Source: Octopus sinensis (Eukaryota). Taken from it: 64,000 nucleotides of DNA. The first letter of the stretch is position 1. Every line of letters begins with the position of its first letter. The notes beneath the pieces are model-generated. The model had not been told where the DNA came from. It worked only from the letters and a program-made list of their open reading frames with translations, and made no database searches. Where the stretch lies: NCBI RefSeq assembly GCF_006345805.1, contig NC_043002.1, positions 66,340,001 through 66,404,000 of the forward strand, in the 5' to 3' direction. A program made the position numbers and the translations under genes. Below, in pieces: positions 11,204-24,338 of this stretch.

Positions 11204-13958
11204 TTATTATTAATGAAATGGATAGTTGATTAAATATTAATCATTTATAACCCTGCAAGGTTATCCTTTAAATGGCAAGAAAAGGCTGCATGAATGTGTG
11301 TGTGAAACAGACAAAAACAACAACAAAAAAAACCTCTTTTTCTTAAGGGTAAGTTCTTGTACTTTGTTTCGCTTTATATAAGTACAAAAACCGTGATTAT
11401 TGTTAATCTCTTACATTGTAAAATTTGCAATCTCCTTATCACAAAGTGTCATAAAATATTCACTTTCCTTTACATCAGGTGTGAATATAGATTCATTTGA
11501 GATTCCCACATTGTACAATTGTGCACCAGTTGATGATATCTGCTATTTAATGGTTAAAGCACTTTTGATAAGGGAAGATATCACAGGTTGTTTAACTCAT
11601 ATTATTACTGGTACTCATTTTTACTAATATCTGTGTGATTAAAAAACAGAAATATGAGCTGAAAAATTAGAAATTGTAATGCAACACATTTGATCCTATA
11701 TAGTTTGATAACTGTGATTTCATTATCAATTGGCTCAAAATTGAGTTCTTTTTTTTAAAAACTAAATATGAAATCAATTCTTTTGTTGAAGATGGGAAAT
11801 GTGTGATTGCAATAAATATATTGGTGCTTATTTTATCAATTCTGAAAGAATAAAAGACAGCTGTCTTGAGTTTGTGACACATTGAGTTACAAATCAATGC
11901 CATCCTTCTGTTTCCATATTTCTGCTGAAATAGACTGTCTTTATTTCAATCAATTTTGAAATTATTGAAGAATTTAGTGAAATAACTTTTCTATTGTTAA
12001 GCTGGTGCTCAGAGCAAAGATTAACACCATATTTTCATGGAAGGTTTTAATTTAAAGCACTTTAAAATTGGAAGATTCTAACATAGAACCAGGGACAGTC
12101 ATAGGCAGGTTAGTACAAAAGGATTAAAGATAGCACAAAGAATTTTTCCTTATTGTCTATTCAGTTTTTCTTCACATCTCGATGGTTGTTACAGGTATTT
12201 TCACTGTTATAACAGTTGACTATTTTGGCGTTTTTGTTTTGAGTGAGAGGGAAATCCCGAGATAATCAAATAAATTAGCGCATAGATCAATAATTGAAAT
12301 ATGTAAAAGAAAATTTGAACTTTTACAGTGGACAGTAGCTGAGTGAATAGTCAAAATGTGCCAAAGAAAATTGCATGATTTTCTATTGATTTCTTTCTCT
12401 ATTTCTGATTCATGTTGTTTTAAATTTGTGAGTTACCCAACAGACTAGAGATATATTTTAATAACAGCAGCTATAATAATGGAAAAGATGTCTTTCAAGG
12501 ATAAACTATCAGCACTTAATATGATGAAAGAAATTCAATGGAAGGAGAAAAAAAATTGTAAAAAAAAATATGACATTTATATATGAAAAAAAAAAAAAAT
12601 TCAGGAAGAAATTTATCAAAAACAAATCTAAAGGTGTTCTAAAAGCAGTCAGCAAATGAAAATTTTAAGAAAATAAATAAAAGAACTGATAAAAGAAAGA
12701 TGGAGTTTATCTGTTATAAAATGCTGGTGACATTTCATTTAGTTTTCTCTCTTAATTGATATAAGTTTAAGGAACTAAGATTGACAGTTCAATAACTTAT
12801 ACATCACGGTCTGGAGAAAATGTTTGTTATTTATTTACATAGATTGGGCAAGGATCAATATTTGAGTTACAAAAACAGTCTCCAGAAACAGAATCTTGAA
12901 GAAAACCTTCAGCATACATTCTCTGACTTCATAGCAGTAGATTTTATTGAAATATTTGTGAATCTTATTAGAGCAGTCGGACAAGACTGTTAACAAAATG
13001 TTATGTCTCCCAGGAAAAGATGATATATGAGTTTTATTGTTAATTAAAGCAGGAAGCTTGCATTATTCTGTTATTCATAAGAGTGAGTCATCTCAGCTCT
13101 GACAGAATTATGACAGGGAGAGAGATAAAGAGATATAGAGAGCTCCTGAAATATTTGGAGATGAGCCACAGATTTGGTATACAGGATGTATTTGTCACAG
13201 TACTATACACTGACACACATTGTTTGATTAGACAGTGGTAGTATGAGGAGTCAGAATATGTTGCAATCTGTTTATTGTCAAACCAGTCATCATGGACATA
13301 TACAACATGTACTTGATCAGTGCCTGCTAAATTCTGTTTCTTGGAATACATTTAGATATGTCGGCAACTTAAACATGGAATTCAAAGGAATAAGGAAAAC
13401 TGATGTTGTGATTATTTTGGGGAGTATATGTGCTTTAAGATTGTTTCAACCAAATAGAATGCTGTTGTGCTAATATTGTGTTATGTTTATAAAACCTTTA
13501 GGTATTTGTAGTTGAATGTGCATCTATCTGCAAAGGCTGTTTGAACTGAAAGCAAAGAGGCATGTAGCTGCACATTCTTTTGTTATGTCAGACATATATG
13601 GCGCCTACACGATAAAATTCAAATATCTTCGTTTCCATAAGAAACCTTTAAGAGCCAGTGCCTAGTTTGGCATCATAATATTAATCCAATATATCATTAC
13701 GTCTAAACAGGATCTGGTACCAATTTCTGACAACTAAGTAAACTAAAGTGCATAGAATTTATTAAGTACACTGCCCAGATATTTCATCAGTAGTGAATTT
13801 GAACTCAAGACCCATGGGATGGTTGTCCAATATTACATTTGATTATCCAATTTGCTTCAGCAATTGTTAAGAGGGCATCATTTTGAATGGTTTTATGTGG
13901 CTGTAGTTTGTAACAGAGACACTAAAAGATCAAACATATTGTGTGTAGTGACTCTAAA

Positions 13959-14337
13959 GTGGAGGTGCAATGGCCCAGTGGTTAGGGAAGAAGGCTCATG
14001 GTCATAGGATCGCGGTTTCAATTCCCAGACTAGGCGTTGTGAGTGTTTATTGAGCAAAAACACCTAAAGCGCCATGAGGCTCCAGCAGGGGATGCTGGCG
14101 AACCCTGCTGTATTCTTTCACCACAACATCTTCTCACTCTTTCTTCCTGTTTCTGTTGTACCTATATTTCAAAGGGCCAGCCTTGTCACACTCTGTGCCA
14201 CGCTGAGTCTCCCCGAGAACTACATTAAGGGTACATGTGTCTGTGGAGTGCTCAGCCACTTGCACATTAATTTCACAAGTAGGCTGTTCCATTGACCGGA
14301 TCAACTGGAACCCTCATCATCATAACCGATGGAGTGT
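13959..14337 (+). mobile_element. tRNA-derived SINE
   Basis: A box TGGCCCAGTGG (13971-13981), B-box-like GGTTTCAATTCCC. Its 3' part (cattaagggtacat...gttccattgaccggatcaactggaacc) recurs in reverse at ~9920-10060 and ~59150-59330. Confidence 0.75.
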
Positions 14338-14989
14338 CAATAGTGTCTTTAAAGATGGGAGGTTTGTATTTTAGGGTTGTCTTGAATGGGTCAGTATCAA
14401 AAGGGTTAAAAGGCGGAATGATCAGCAGTGGCACCAAAACAACATTTTGGACAAAGAAACTATGCCACAGTATTCTGTCTTTTCTTTCTGTAATGAATCA
14501 TTAATCGTATTCTCAGCAAGTGGCAGTTAAAAATCAACAATAACTCACTATGATGTAAGACATAATAATATGCAACAGTTAGTGATAATCAACATTAAGA
14601 ATTATCTGAATTTATTTCAACATTAAAAATGTTTTCCTTTTGCTTTGATGGAATATTTAAAATAAATTTGAATATTATTTTCGTGTTTCCATCCTGAAGC
14701 TAGATTAGTAACATTCTGGAGGTGTTGTTGACTGGTTTTGTAAAATGACAGTCCACAGTAATTATTGATTTCAAATTTTGGCACAAGGCCAGCAATTTTG
14801 GGGAAGGAGTTAAGTCGATTACATTGACCCCAGTGGAATTTAAACTTAAGATGTAAAATGAATGAAATGTCACTAGGCATTTTGCACAATAAGCTCCTGG
14901 TTCTACAAGCTTGAAGCCCATAGTAATTATTAGTACCTTATTTGATGGCATATGTGAGGCACTTAACAAAAAATAAATAAATAAAATTC

Positions 14990-15132
14990 TCAAAAACACC
15001 ACCCTGGGTCCTATATGCAAAGCTGAGCCTCCCATAAACTTTCAGCACTAAAGACATCTTTCCTCAGTATGTGCTGCTGATATTGGAGTCTATCTAATAT
15101 GTCTGTATGTCTTTTATACCATCAAATACGGT
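14990..15132. mobile_element. End of a DNA-transposon-like repeat (three copies)
   Basis: caccctgggtcctat(a/g)tgcaaag...cttttat(a/g)ccat(c/t)aaatac(g/a)gta at ~14995-15132 and ~55830-55970; reverse copy at ~43620-43760. The terminus resembles Tc1/mariner-class TIRs; only one end seen per copy. Confidence 0.5.
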
Positions 15133-15184
15133 AGTTTCTATGATAATAGCATTTGTTAAATATAATCAGTTTAAATGATTCTTA

Positions 15185-15313
<129 letters not shown>

Positions 15314-17602
15314 TCAAATGTGCTTCATGATTAAAAACTCATACGGAAAAAAATAATTAATAGACAGATACACATGGTTCTAACTAAACCTATACATCCT
15401 TGATAGCTATTCTGAAAACAAAAAAATGTTAAAACATATTTTCACAAAATAATAATCTTCCATGGAAAAGATGCTTTTCTTTGAAGATAGAGATAAATAT
15501 TTCACACATTTTATGTTAATATCTGTTGTACTTAAACTACGCTAATCACACCCACTCTGTCTGTCTGTGTCTCTCTTAATTTAAAAACCTTTGAAGTCTT
15601 CAGACATAAATTATATGTTCCTCTTTTGCTTTGTGAAGGAAGATCTTAGTAAAAATACAGGCATAGCAATGAGTACAAATCTAAGATTATGTTGGAGGTT
15701 TGAAATGACTAAATTTATGATCAAAGACCTTCCTAATGGGACCATCATTTTTCCTTTTCTTTTTACTAGATATTGTGTACTCAGTGTATCCAATTTTTTT
15801 TAAAGATGGTCAGAAGTGATATGGCTGAGATTTGGCTGTTATATCTAGCAAGCCAAACTCACCACAGACAAGATCCTTTATTAGTACAATTCTAGTGTAG
15901 TAATGTGCTGACAAATGAGGTCTGCTGAATAACATCATCAAAACCACTTTTCAAAGCATGTGGCAGTCAATCTTCCAATCAAACCAAAGAAACCAGGTTT
16001 GCATTCGTTTTTCAAATTGCCAATACTATTTGTTAATGTTAGGGTTAGGTTCTCCTAAGAGAAGTGTGATTTCTTCTTTTTTCTCTTTTGGCCAGGGCAT
16101 GAACAGATGCTATAATGAATACCATCCAATGCTCCAACATTTCTACCAGTTTACTGTCCAGCACTGGTACACATTTTATTGACCCCCTAAAGGGCAAAAA
16201 GTAAAGTTGATTGTAGCAGGATTTGAACCTAGAGTACATGGATCTGGAACAAATACCACAAGGCATTCTATCCAACACTCCAATGACTCCCTGTTTGCCA
16301 CTTTGCCAAGCAGCATGTTCTGAGTAAAGAACGTGTTATTCAGTAAGTATTCTGTTAGACTTTTAAACCCACAGATTTTACAAAGGGCTATTTAAATATT
16401 GATAGATATCATAAGCACACAAACAACAAAAAAAAAGGAAAAAATCAATTGGTATAGATATCAACTTTAACATCAATAAATATACCTGTAATTTAATATG
16501 CCAGTCAAAAAAATAAAAATAAACACTATTTTTGCATATCTGGCAAATTTTTTTGTAAAGCATTTTCAAATCAATACAAATCATATAGATATCACAAAAA
16601 AATTAAACTTTTCTCCTAGACTTTCAAATAATCGATGCTAACTTCAAAGAGTATATTATTTTAAAAGAATTTCTATTACAACCAACATAATGCAATAAAT
16701 GTTAATAATATATACAAACAGCAATTGTAGTTTAATCATGTCAAATAGATTAGTAAATGCACCATACTTCACTATCTAATACAAGAGCCAATTATTTGAT
16801 CCAGTCTTTATTTAATAGAGATCCTTAATAGTAAAAAGAAATCGATAAGGAGATATTCTCATAAATTTAACTCCATACAATTACTAATTTATTTTTTCCC
16901 ATTAACATATAAGTTACTGATTTCATTATTTTTGCTATTATATTTATCTTTATTGTTAGTATTGAATTTTTATCTTCCATGATGAGAACAGCAGGCAATA
17001 TGTAGCCTTTCACCTGCGGCAAAATCAAATAAAAGCAGCTTTTCAAAACTCTCCACCCATGCCGTCTCCCTCCAGAGATGTGTATACATACGTAGCCATG
17101 TCTATCATACACACATACTTAGAATTTCCTCAGCAATTGAACACATTGGTAAGAGAATATACAATCAAAATAGCAACATCCAACAGTACACTGCCAGTAA
17201 GTGTGGTCTATGATAAGAGAAAGAAGTACACTAGTTAAAAAGTGAGCTAAATATAACCAGACACTGGACATTTTGCTTATAGCTAGTGCAACCAATTAGC
17301 AGCATTGTTTTTGTGCTTCTAATCAAAGAATTCCCAATTCAACTCCAGGTGATTAAGTTCTATCAAGTGAGCACTGGTTCTCAGAAATGTTTATAGTCTT
17401 ATATATGTCAGCAGCAAATATTTTAAATGTGGTTGGTTCTTTTGTATAACGATACAAGCCATTCTCACCAAGAAGAAAAATTTATGTTGAAATTAAAAGA
17501 ACTTCTTTAACAAAGCACTGTATTAAAAGTAAGCCAACAAAATGTGTGTGTGTGTGTGTGTGTGAATATATCATCATCATCATCACCACCATCATCATTT
17601 AA

Positions 17603-17817
17603 CCCTTTTGATACCAACCCAGCTGAAACTGCCTCTGGCTCTCTAGTACAAATGTCTTGTTTTCAAAGGTTCTGAATTAAAATCTTCCACCAAACCTTAG
17701 TCACAATTTATGTTTCTAACACAAGCTTAATGAAGTTATTTTACTAAATTCTTGTTATAATTAAAATCAATTGAAAGAAACACAGAGCATCTCAACAGAA
17801 TTATGGTAATGAAAGGG
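17603..17817. mobile_element. piggyBac-type MITE, 215 bp, same family, opposite orientation
   Basis: TTAA at 17599-17602 and 17818-17821. Internal sequence is the reverse complement of the 60881 copy (gaaagaaacacagagcatctc, ttattttactaaattct). Inserted in the TTAA of a family C tail. Older copies at ~11900-12127 and ~62270-62460. Confidence 0.85.
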
Positions 17818-18138
17818 TTAACAGTCATCTTCCATGCTGGTATGGCTTGGATGGTTTTACAGGAGCTCTTTAGCCTGGGGACTGTGCCAAACTCCATCAT
17901 CTGCTTTGGCACAGTTTTCAGTTTGATGCCCTTTCAACTACCAACCACTTTACAGAGTGGACTATCTGTCTGTCTGTTTCTCTCTCTCTCTCCGTACAGT
18001 TTCCATCTACCAAATTCACTCACAATGAATTAGTTAACCTGGGGCAATAATAGAAGACTTTTCTCAAACTTCTACACTGTGGGACTGAATTAGGAAGCAA
18101 ACTTCTTAAAGATACAACTACACCTGCACACACACACA

Positions 18139-18177
<39 letters not shown>

Positions 18178-18261
18178 TATATATATATATAATATAAATA
18201 AGATATATATGTATATCTTTTCTGTAGTTTCAGCTCAGAACTGCAGCCATGCTGATGCACC

Positions 18262-18887
18262 GAAGGCAAACATGGGTATGTGAACGAGAGTAACAAATGG
18301 AAAACAAGACAAGTAACATAAGAAACGACCCTTCATCAGCTGTCGGCTGTTTATCTACTCCACATTTTGAGCAATTAATGACAATATGAGGCTTCAAAAA
18401 ATAGTTGCTCCTGCGAATCAAAATAAAATTTGGGATTTTGCAGAGGGTCAAAGTTGGTAACAAAAACAGGACAGTGGAGACATACAACAAACCAGTTGAA
18501 AACGTCTTTTCCTTACGTGATCATTTTTCTTTTCCTTCAGTCTGTCGCACAGACCAGACGCATTCTTATGTCTCCTATTTTTTCTCTTGTCAAAGAATAT
18601 TCCTTGCTACCTTACATTGTCTGGTCTAACGGCCCTCCATGTTTGTTTTCATTTGGTTTGTTGTATGTCTCCACTGTCCTGTTTTTGTTACCAACTTTGA
18701 ACCTCTGCAAATCCCAAATTTTATTTTGGTTCACAGGAGCAACTGTTTTTTGAAGCCTCATATTGTCGTTAATTGCTCAAAATGTGGTGTATATAAACAG
18801 CCAACAACTGATGAAGGGTTGTTCTTTATATTACTTGTCTTGTTTTCCATTTGTTTCTCTTGTTGTTCACATAGCCAGGTTTGCCTT
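18262..18887. repeat. Long inverted repeat (foldback): arms 18262-18503 and 18645-18887, 141-bp spacer
   Basis: Arms align by eye with about 20 substitutions and 2 indels over ~240 bp (~90%). This explains the near-identical opposite-strand ORFs 18230..18490 and 18639..18998. Inner 9-bp IR AGACCAGAC/GTCTGGTCT in the spacer. Confidence 0.95.
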
Positions 18888-21800
18888 TGTATTTCATGTT
18901 GTTTACATTTTGTGATGTCCTGTACCCATATATGCAGCATAAGTTTACCTTATATTCTTTGTAAGCCTAGTACTTATTCTATTGGTCTCTTTTGCTGAAC
19001 TGCTAAGTTACGGGGAACATAAACTCGCCAACATCGGTTGTCAAGCGATGGTAGGGCGACACACACAGACACAGAAATGCATGCACACACATATATACGA
19101 TGGGCTTCTTTCAGTTTCCATCTACCAAATCCACTGACAAGGCTTTGGTTGGCCTGAGGCTATAGAGGAAGACGCTTGTCCAATGTGCCATGCAATGGGA
19201 CTGAACCCAGAAGCACGTCGTTGGGAAGCAAGCTTCTTACCACACAGCCACACCTGCATCTCCACACAGCCAAGAGAGACAGAGAGTGTGTGTTTATGCA
19301 GTACATGATGATTGTTTTAAAAGGGCTTTAAATAAATTTGCCTAAAAGTTAATTTATAAAAATAAAACGAATACTTGTAATGTAATTCAAGTGAAAAGTT
19401 TTTCAGTGGATTTTACAGAGAAAATATTTATCTTCTTTTTTTCTCTTTGTGTTATTACTTTCAAGTACTGTTATGTGAAGCAATTGAACTATGATCCCTG
19501 CCGTTAAGTTCACATGCCTTCCAAATTTCTTTAGAAACAACTTGCTTGCTTTCTAATCTTAGAAAATAAACCAATCAACCAATTAACTTACTGCTTACTG
19601 TCCTATGACTATTCCATGAAGCTTTGCATGTGATCATTCAATCACCTATACTTTTACACAATTAAATAAGAATAACAAAAAATCTGAGTTGGGTGAATCA
19701 TTAAGAAATTTTCAGTTTGTCAGTCAAGCACTTAATGAATAAAGTTTACAGTTAGCAGTTGTTGATAATGATTAGAAAGCAACATAGTCATGGCAATGCT
19801 AAACACAGGAGGGTAGGTGACGGGGACCTAAATGACAGAGGGAAGAGAGAAACAATAACAGAACACCGTATTTTCCAGATGACAAGCAACTAAGAAAAGA
19901 GTAGATATTTCAATGATTATTAGGGTAAAACAGTAAAGCTTAAGTGATCATTTGACATGGCTGATTATTTCAATTATACTCTTGACTGAAGAGCCATTAG
20001 AGTTTACAGGAGAATTATACAAAAAAAAAAAATACATACTTAGACACACACACACACACACACACACACACCACACACACACACACAACACACACACACA
20101 CACACACACACACGGGGGTGTAAGTGCCTTCTACTAGAGTCCAGAGTCAAACAAAGCCTTGCTGAGTGGATTTGATAGACAGAAACTGAAAAATGCCCAT
20201 CTTGCGCCACTGCCATACAAGCCATGTTCTTCATTTCCAATCTTCCATGAAAACATGTCTGGATACGGAGAAATATTAACTTACTAAAGAAACAAACAAG
20301 GCTTGGTGACCATAAAAGCATCCAGAATAACCTTCCACTGTAAACTAAATATATTGTTTAATGTAATAGCTTTTGAAAATTTTGAAAATCTTTATTGTTT
20401 TAATGCTCACTTTTTCATGCTTGCATGGGTTGGATGGAGTCATTTGAAGCAGATTTTCTACTGTCAGATGCCTTTCCTGTTATCAAGCCCCCCACCTGTT
20501 TCCAAGCAAGGTAACATTTCCTCATGACTAGGTGTGTTTTCGCAGAACATAGGAAATGATACTGCTTGTATGACGGTAACACTCATTTACACCTATCATG
20601 CAATGTGAAGACAAGGAGCATCTCTCGGTTTCCTTCCACTAAATCCATTCACAAAGCTTTAGTAGTAGATGCTTAAGGAGTCACACAGTGGGACTGAACC
20701 TAAAACCATGTGGCTGGGAGCCAAGCTTCTTAACCACACAGCCACAGCCATGCCTTTCAAAATTGTACACAATCTACCAAATTATTTGGTCTTCAAACAT
20801 AAAACATGATTTATGCTCTTTATATTTCTGAATAAAAAATATAAACTAACATAAATTCTAGATTTATGTTGTTTCAAACGTGTGCATTAAAGCAAAATAT
20901 TGTATTCAATCTACTTAATATAAATGACTGAGAATTGCTTATCAAAAAAACTTTAGCTTTTGTGTCTATAACCCTGTAACAATATGATGCTTTTTTTTTA
21001 ATGGTGCTTATATTTTATATCATACAATGTATTATTGATTTACTAGAAGGTTAGCTCAAATCATGTAATTTTTGATAGCATTACAGTTACACGGAGTGTA
21101 TGCAGTCTGCGGTTGCAACGGAAATAACAAAAATAAATAGAAATCTTAACATTGTATTGCTATAAACTGGTAGAATCATTAGCACATCAGACAAATACGA
21201 TCGGCAGCATGCATTTCTTCCTGCTCTTTGCATCCTGAGTTCAAATACTGCCGAGGTCACCTTTGTCTTTCACCCTTGTAGGGTTCAATAAAGAATAAAA
21301 TAGAGAACCAGTGAAGTACCCAGTTTAATATAATTGGCTACACCCTCCCCTCAAAATTGTTGGCCCCTATGCCAGAATTAGAAACAATTATTCCTACCAT
21401 TAGTAAGGCAGTGAGCTGGCAGATTTGTTAGCATATCAGATAAAATGCTAGCAGCACAAATTTTTCTTCCAGTTCTTTACATACCAAGTTCAAATACTGC
21501 TGAGGTCAACTTGGCTTTCAAGCTTTGATAAAATAAAGTACCGAGACTGGTGCCAATGTAAATGACTAATCCCCTACCTAAAGTTACTGGCCTTGTGCCA
21601 AAATTTGAAACAATGTTTGTTTGGCTAGGGGTCAGTAATTTGCCTCATGGAAGCAAAGTGGCTGAGTTCCTTTCAAGTGTTGGACCCCATGGAGGCAATG
21701 ACCAAGACCTGCAATATTATGTCATGCTTGAGAAGAAAACCCATCAAGCCGAGCAAAAACACAGTCATGGCAGATACCAGTGTCATGCAAATGGCACCCA

Positions 21801-23767
21801 TGCCAGTGGCACATAAAAGCACCTATTACACCCTCGAGGTGGTTTGGCGTTAGGAAGGACATCCAGCCATAGAAAACCATACTAAATCAGACTGGAGCCT
21901 GGCACAGCCTTCCAGCATGCCAGCCCAGTCAAGCTGTCCAGCCCATGCCAGAATGGACAACGGACATTAAATAAGTTGTGCTAAAATACTGACTAGGGCT
22001 TATTAACTATTTCTATGATCAGGATTGTCAATTAAGATGTTTTGAATTTAACAGTGGTACATATGTATGTATTTATGTATCATCCTCATCGTTTTAATGT
22101 CCCCTTTTTCATGCTTGCATGGGTCAGTCTGAATTTGTTGAGACAGAATTTCTACAATCAGATGCCCTTCCTGTCACCAACCCTCATCTGTTTCCAGGCA
22201 AGGCAATATTCTCCCATGGCTAGACAGGCTTTCCACGGAAGACTAGAAACTAATAACCTCACTTGTATGACGGTGATGCTCATTTACAGCCATCATGTGA
22301 TGTCTAGACAAGGTTACACACACACACACATGCACATGACAGGCTTCTTTCAGTTTCCAAATTCATTCACATGGTTTTGGATGATCTGTGGTTTTAGTAG
22401 AAAATGCTTGTTCAAGTTGTTGAAAAAGACCAGAAGCTTGGTTCCCAACCATGGGTTCAATCCCACTGCATGGCACCTTGGGCAAGTATCTTCAACTAAA
22501 GCCCTGGGCCAGCCAAAGCTTTCTGAATGAATTTGGTACATGGAAAGAAAGTGAAAGAAGCCTGTCAAAAATATTTATATCTATCAATCTCTCTCTATAT
22601 GTGTGTCTTGTGCATAAAAGCGGTCAAAATATATACACTTTTATGAAAGTTCACTTTCATAAAACAAATTAATACTCCTGCAGTAAGTAAACTTGCTGCG
22701 TAAAATATGCTGCCCCCACCCAAAGCAACTTGATGCAATCAGAAGCAAGGGGGCCATGTACAGACTGCATAGTTCAATTAGTTGGACAATAAGATAAAAG
22801 ATTAAAAGAAAAAACCCATAAGTTTATGATTTCCTCAGAAATTACAGTTGTTCTGATAAAACTTGTATGACTCATAATTGCAACAAATTATTTCATTCCA
22901 TACTGTAATTTATTTTTCGCTTTCTACATTTTCTATGTAATATAATTTAGACCCTAACCAAGAGGACTTCATTAAAAAGACATAAGCCATCACCCCTGCC
23001 CTACATACAAACAAGAGAGGAAAGGCTGCAACAGACATCTATAGTAAAAAAAAAAAAATAAATAAATAAAATAACAACCACAACAACAAAACTGGATGTA
23101 ATGAATGAGGACGATAAGGATGCAAAGGAAAAAAGCAAAGAGAAGGCAGAGTGATTAACTGAGAGGGAGGAAATGGATAATGATATAAGTATTAGCTGTA
23201 GGATGTCAGGAGCTTTTGACAGTAAAATGTCAGAATAGGATAAAGCAAGTTCAAATCCAGTTTGCAAATGAAATTTCGCTTCAGCTAACAATTAATGAAT
23301 GGGAGGTTGTAGTGGTGTGACTTATAAAACTGATACAGTTCTAGATTCCGACTATCACATTCAATATATACATACATACACATGCATATAATGTAGTCGC
23401 AGATATTACAAAAAAAACACCAATAGCATGGCCATGAGCGGAATATCTTTGATCATAGGTTTGCTCAATTAGGGCTGAACAGGAGCTAAATACCAACAAC
23501 CCCATAAGAAAATGTTTGGATCATACAAAGATAATATGGTAAAAGAGTATAGCAGAACACACACACCTGCGCGCACAGCACAGAAAGTATGATAAATACA
23601 AGATGCAGTTTATATCCTTTGTTCCTAATGTATTCTTCACCATTGTGGATGTTGCTCTGTATATCATAATCAGTAATACTACTAACTACAATAGTAACCA
23701 CACTGTTATACTGGATGTAAACTAGATGATGATATTTTACATGGAGCTCTAAACTCACAACTATACA

Positions 23768-23804
<37 letters not shown>

Positions 23805-23807
23805 GAT

Positions 23808-24147
23808 GTGAAAGCACATGGCTCAGTGGTTAGAGCGTCGAGCTTATGATCATGAGGTTGTGAGCTCGAATCCCGGACCAGGCTGTGTATTATGTTCTTG
23901 AGCAAGACACTTTATTTCACGTTGCTCCAGTTCACTCAGCTGTAGAAACGAGTTGCGATGTCACAGGTGCCAAGCTGTATCGGCCTTTCCCTTTTCCTTG
24001 GATGACATCAGTGGCATGGAGAGGAGAGGCTTGTATGCATGGGCAACTGATGGTCTTCCATAAACAACCTTGCCCGGACTTGTGCTTGGGAGGGTAACTT
24101 TCTACGTGCAATCCCATGGTCAGTGTCGTGACCGAAGGGGGTCTCAG
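23808..24147 (+). mobile_element. tRNA-derived SINE with central domain, apparently full length
   Basis: A box TGGCTCAGTGG (23819-23829), B box GCTCGAATCCC (23864-23874), then cttgagcaagacactttatttcacgttgctccagttcactcagctgt. Related heads in reverse at ~5305-5485, ~10050-10160, ~39020-39195 and forward at ~54250-54400. Confidence 0.8.
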
Positions 24148-24303
24148 AATATATATATATATCTAAAATACAAAAACGGGACAAGAAAACAAAACATCCA
24201 GACAGTTAGGTGATACAAAAAGGGACGGAAAACTCCGAATGACCCGTCCTTGTTTTCTTTGTATCATCTAATAAAACAATATAGCGGCGTATGTACACTT
24301 TGG

Positions 24304-24338
<35 letters not shown>

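Noticed and set aside
12480-13020. Possible LINE reverse-transcriptase relic
   Set aside because: Only a weak AVDFIEIF-like hint; no consistent frame or second motif.
16046-16062. TTAGGGTTAGG telomere-like motif
   Set aside because: Fewer than two full units; expected by chance.
18806-18830. CTGATGA motif in the foldback arms as a hammerhead core
   Set aside because: No stem II followed by GAAA.
18230-18998. Two similar ORFs on opposite strands, suggesting a duplicated gene
   Set aside because: Fully explained by the inverted repeat; no recognisable protein.
22042-22530. Longest ORF in the track (162 aa)
   Set aside because: Lies entirely in SINE sequence; similar peptides recur in other SINE-derived ORFs.
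23808-23880. tRNA gene
   Set aside because: Has A/B boxes but no complete cloverleaf or acceptor stem, and it continues into a SINE body.
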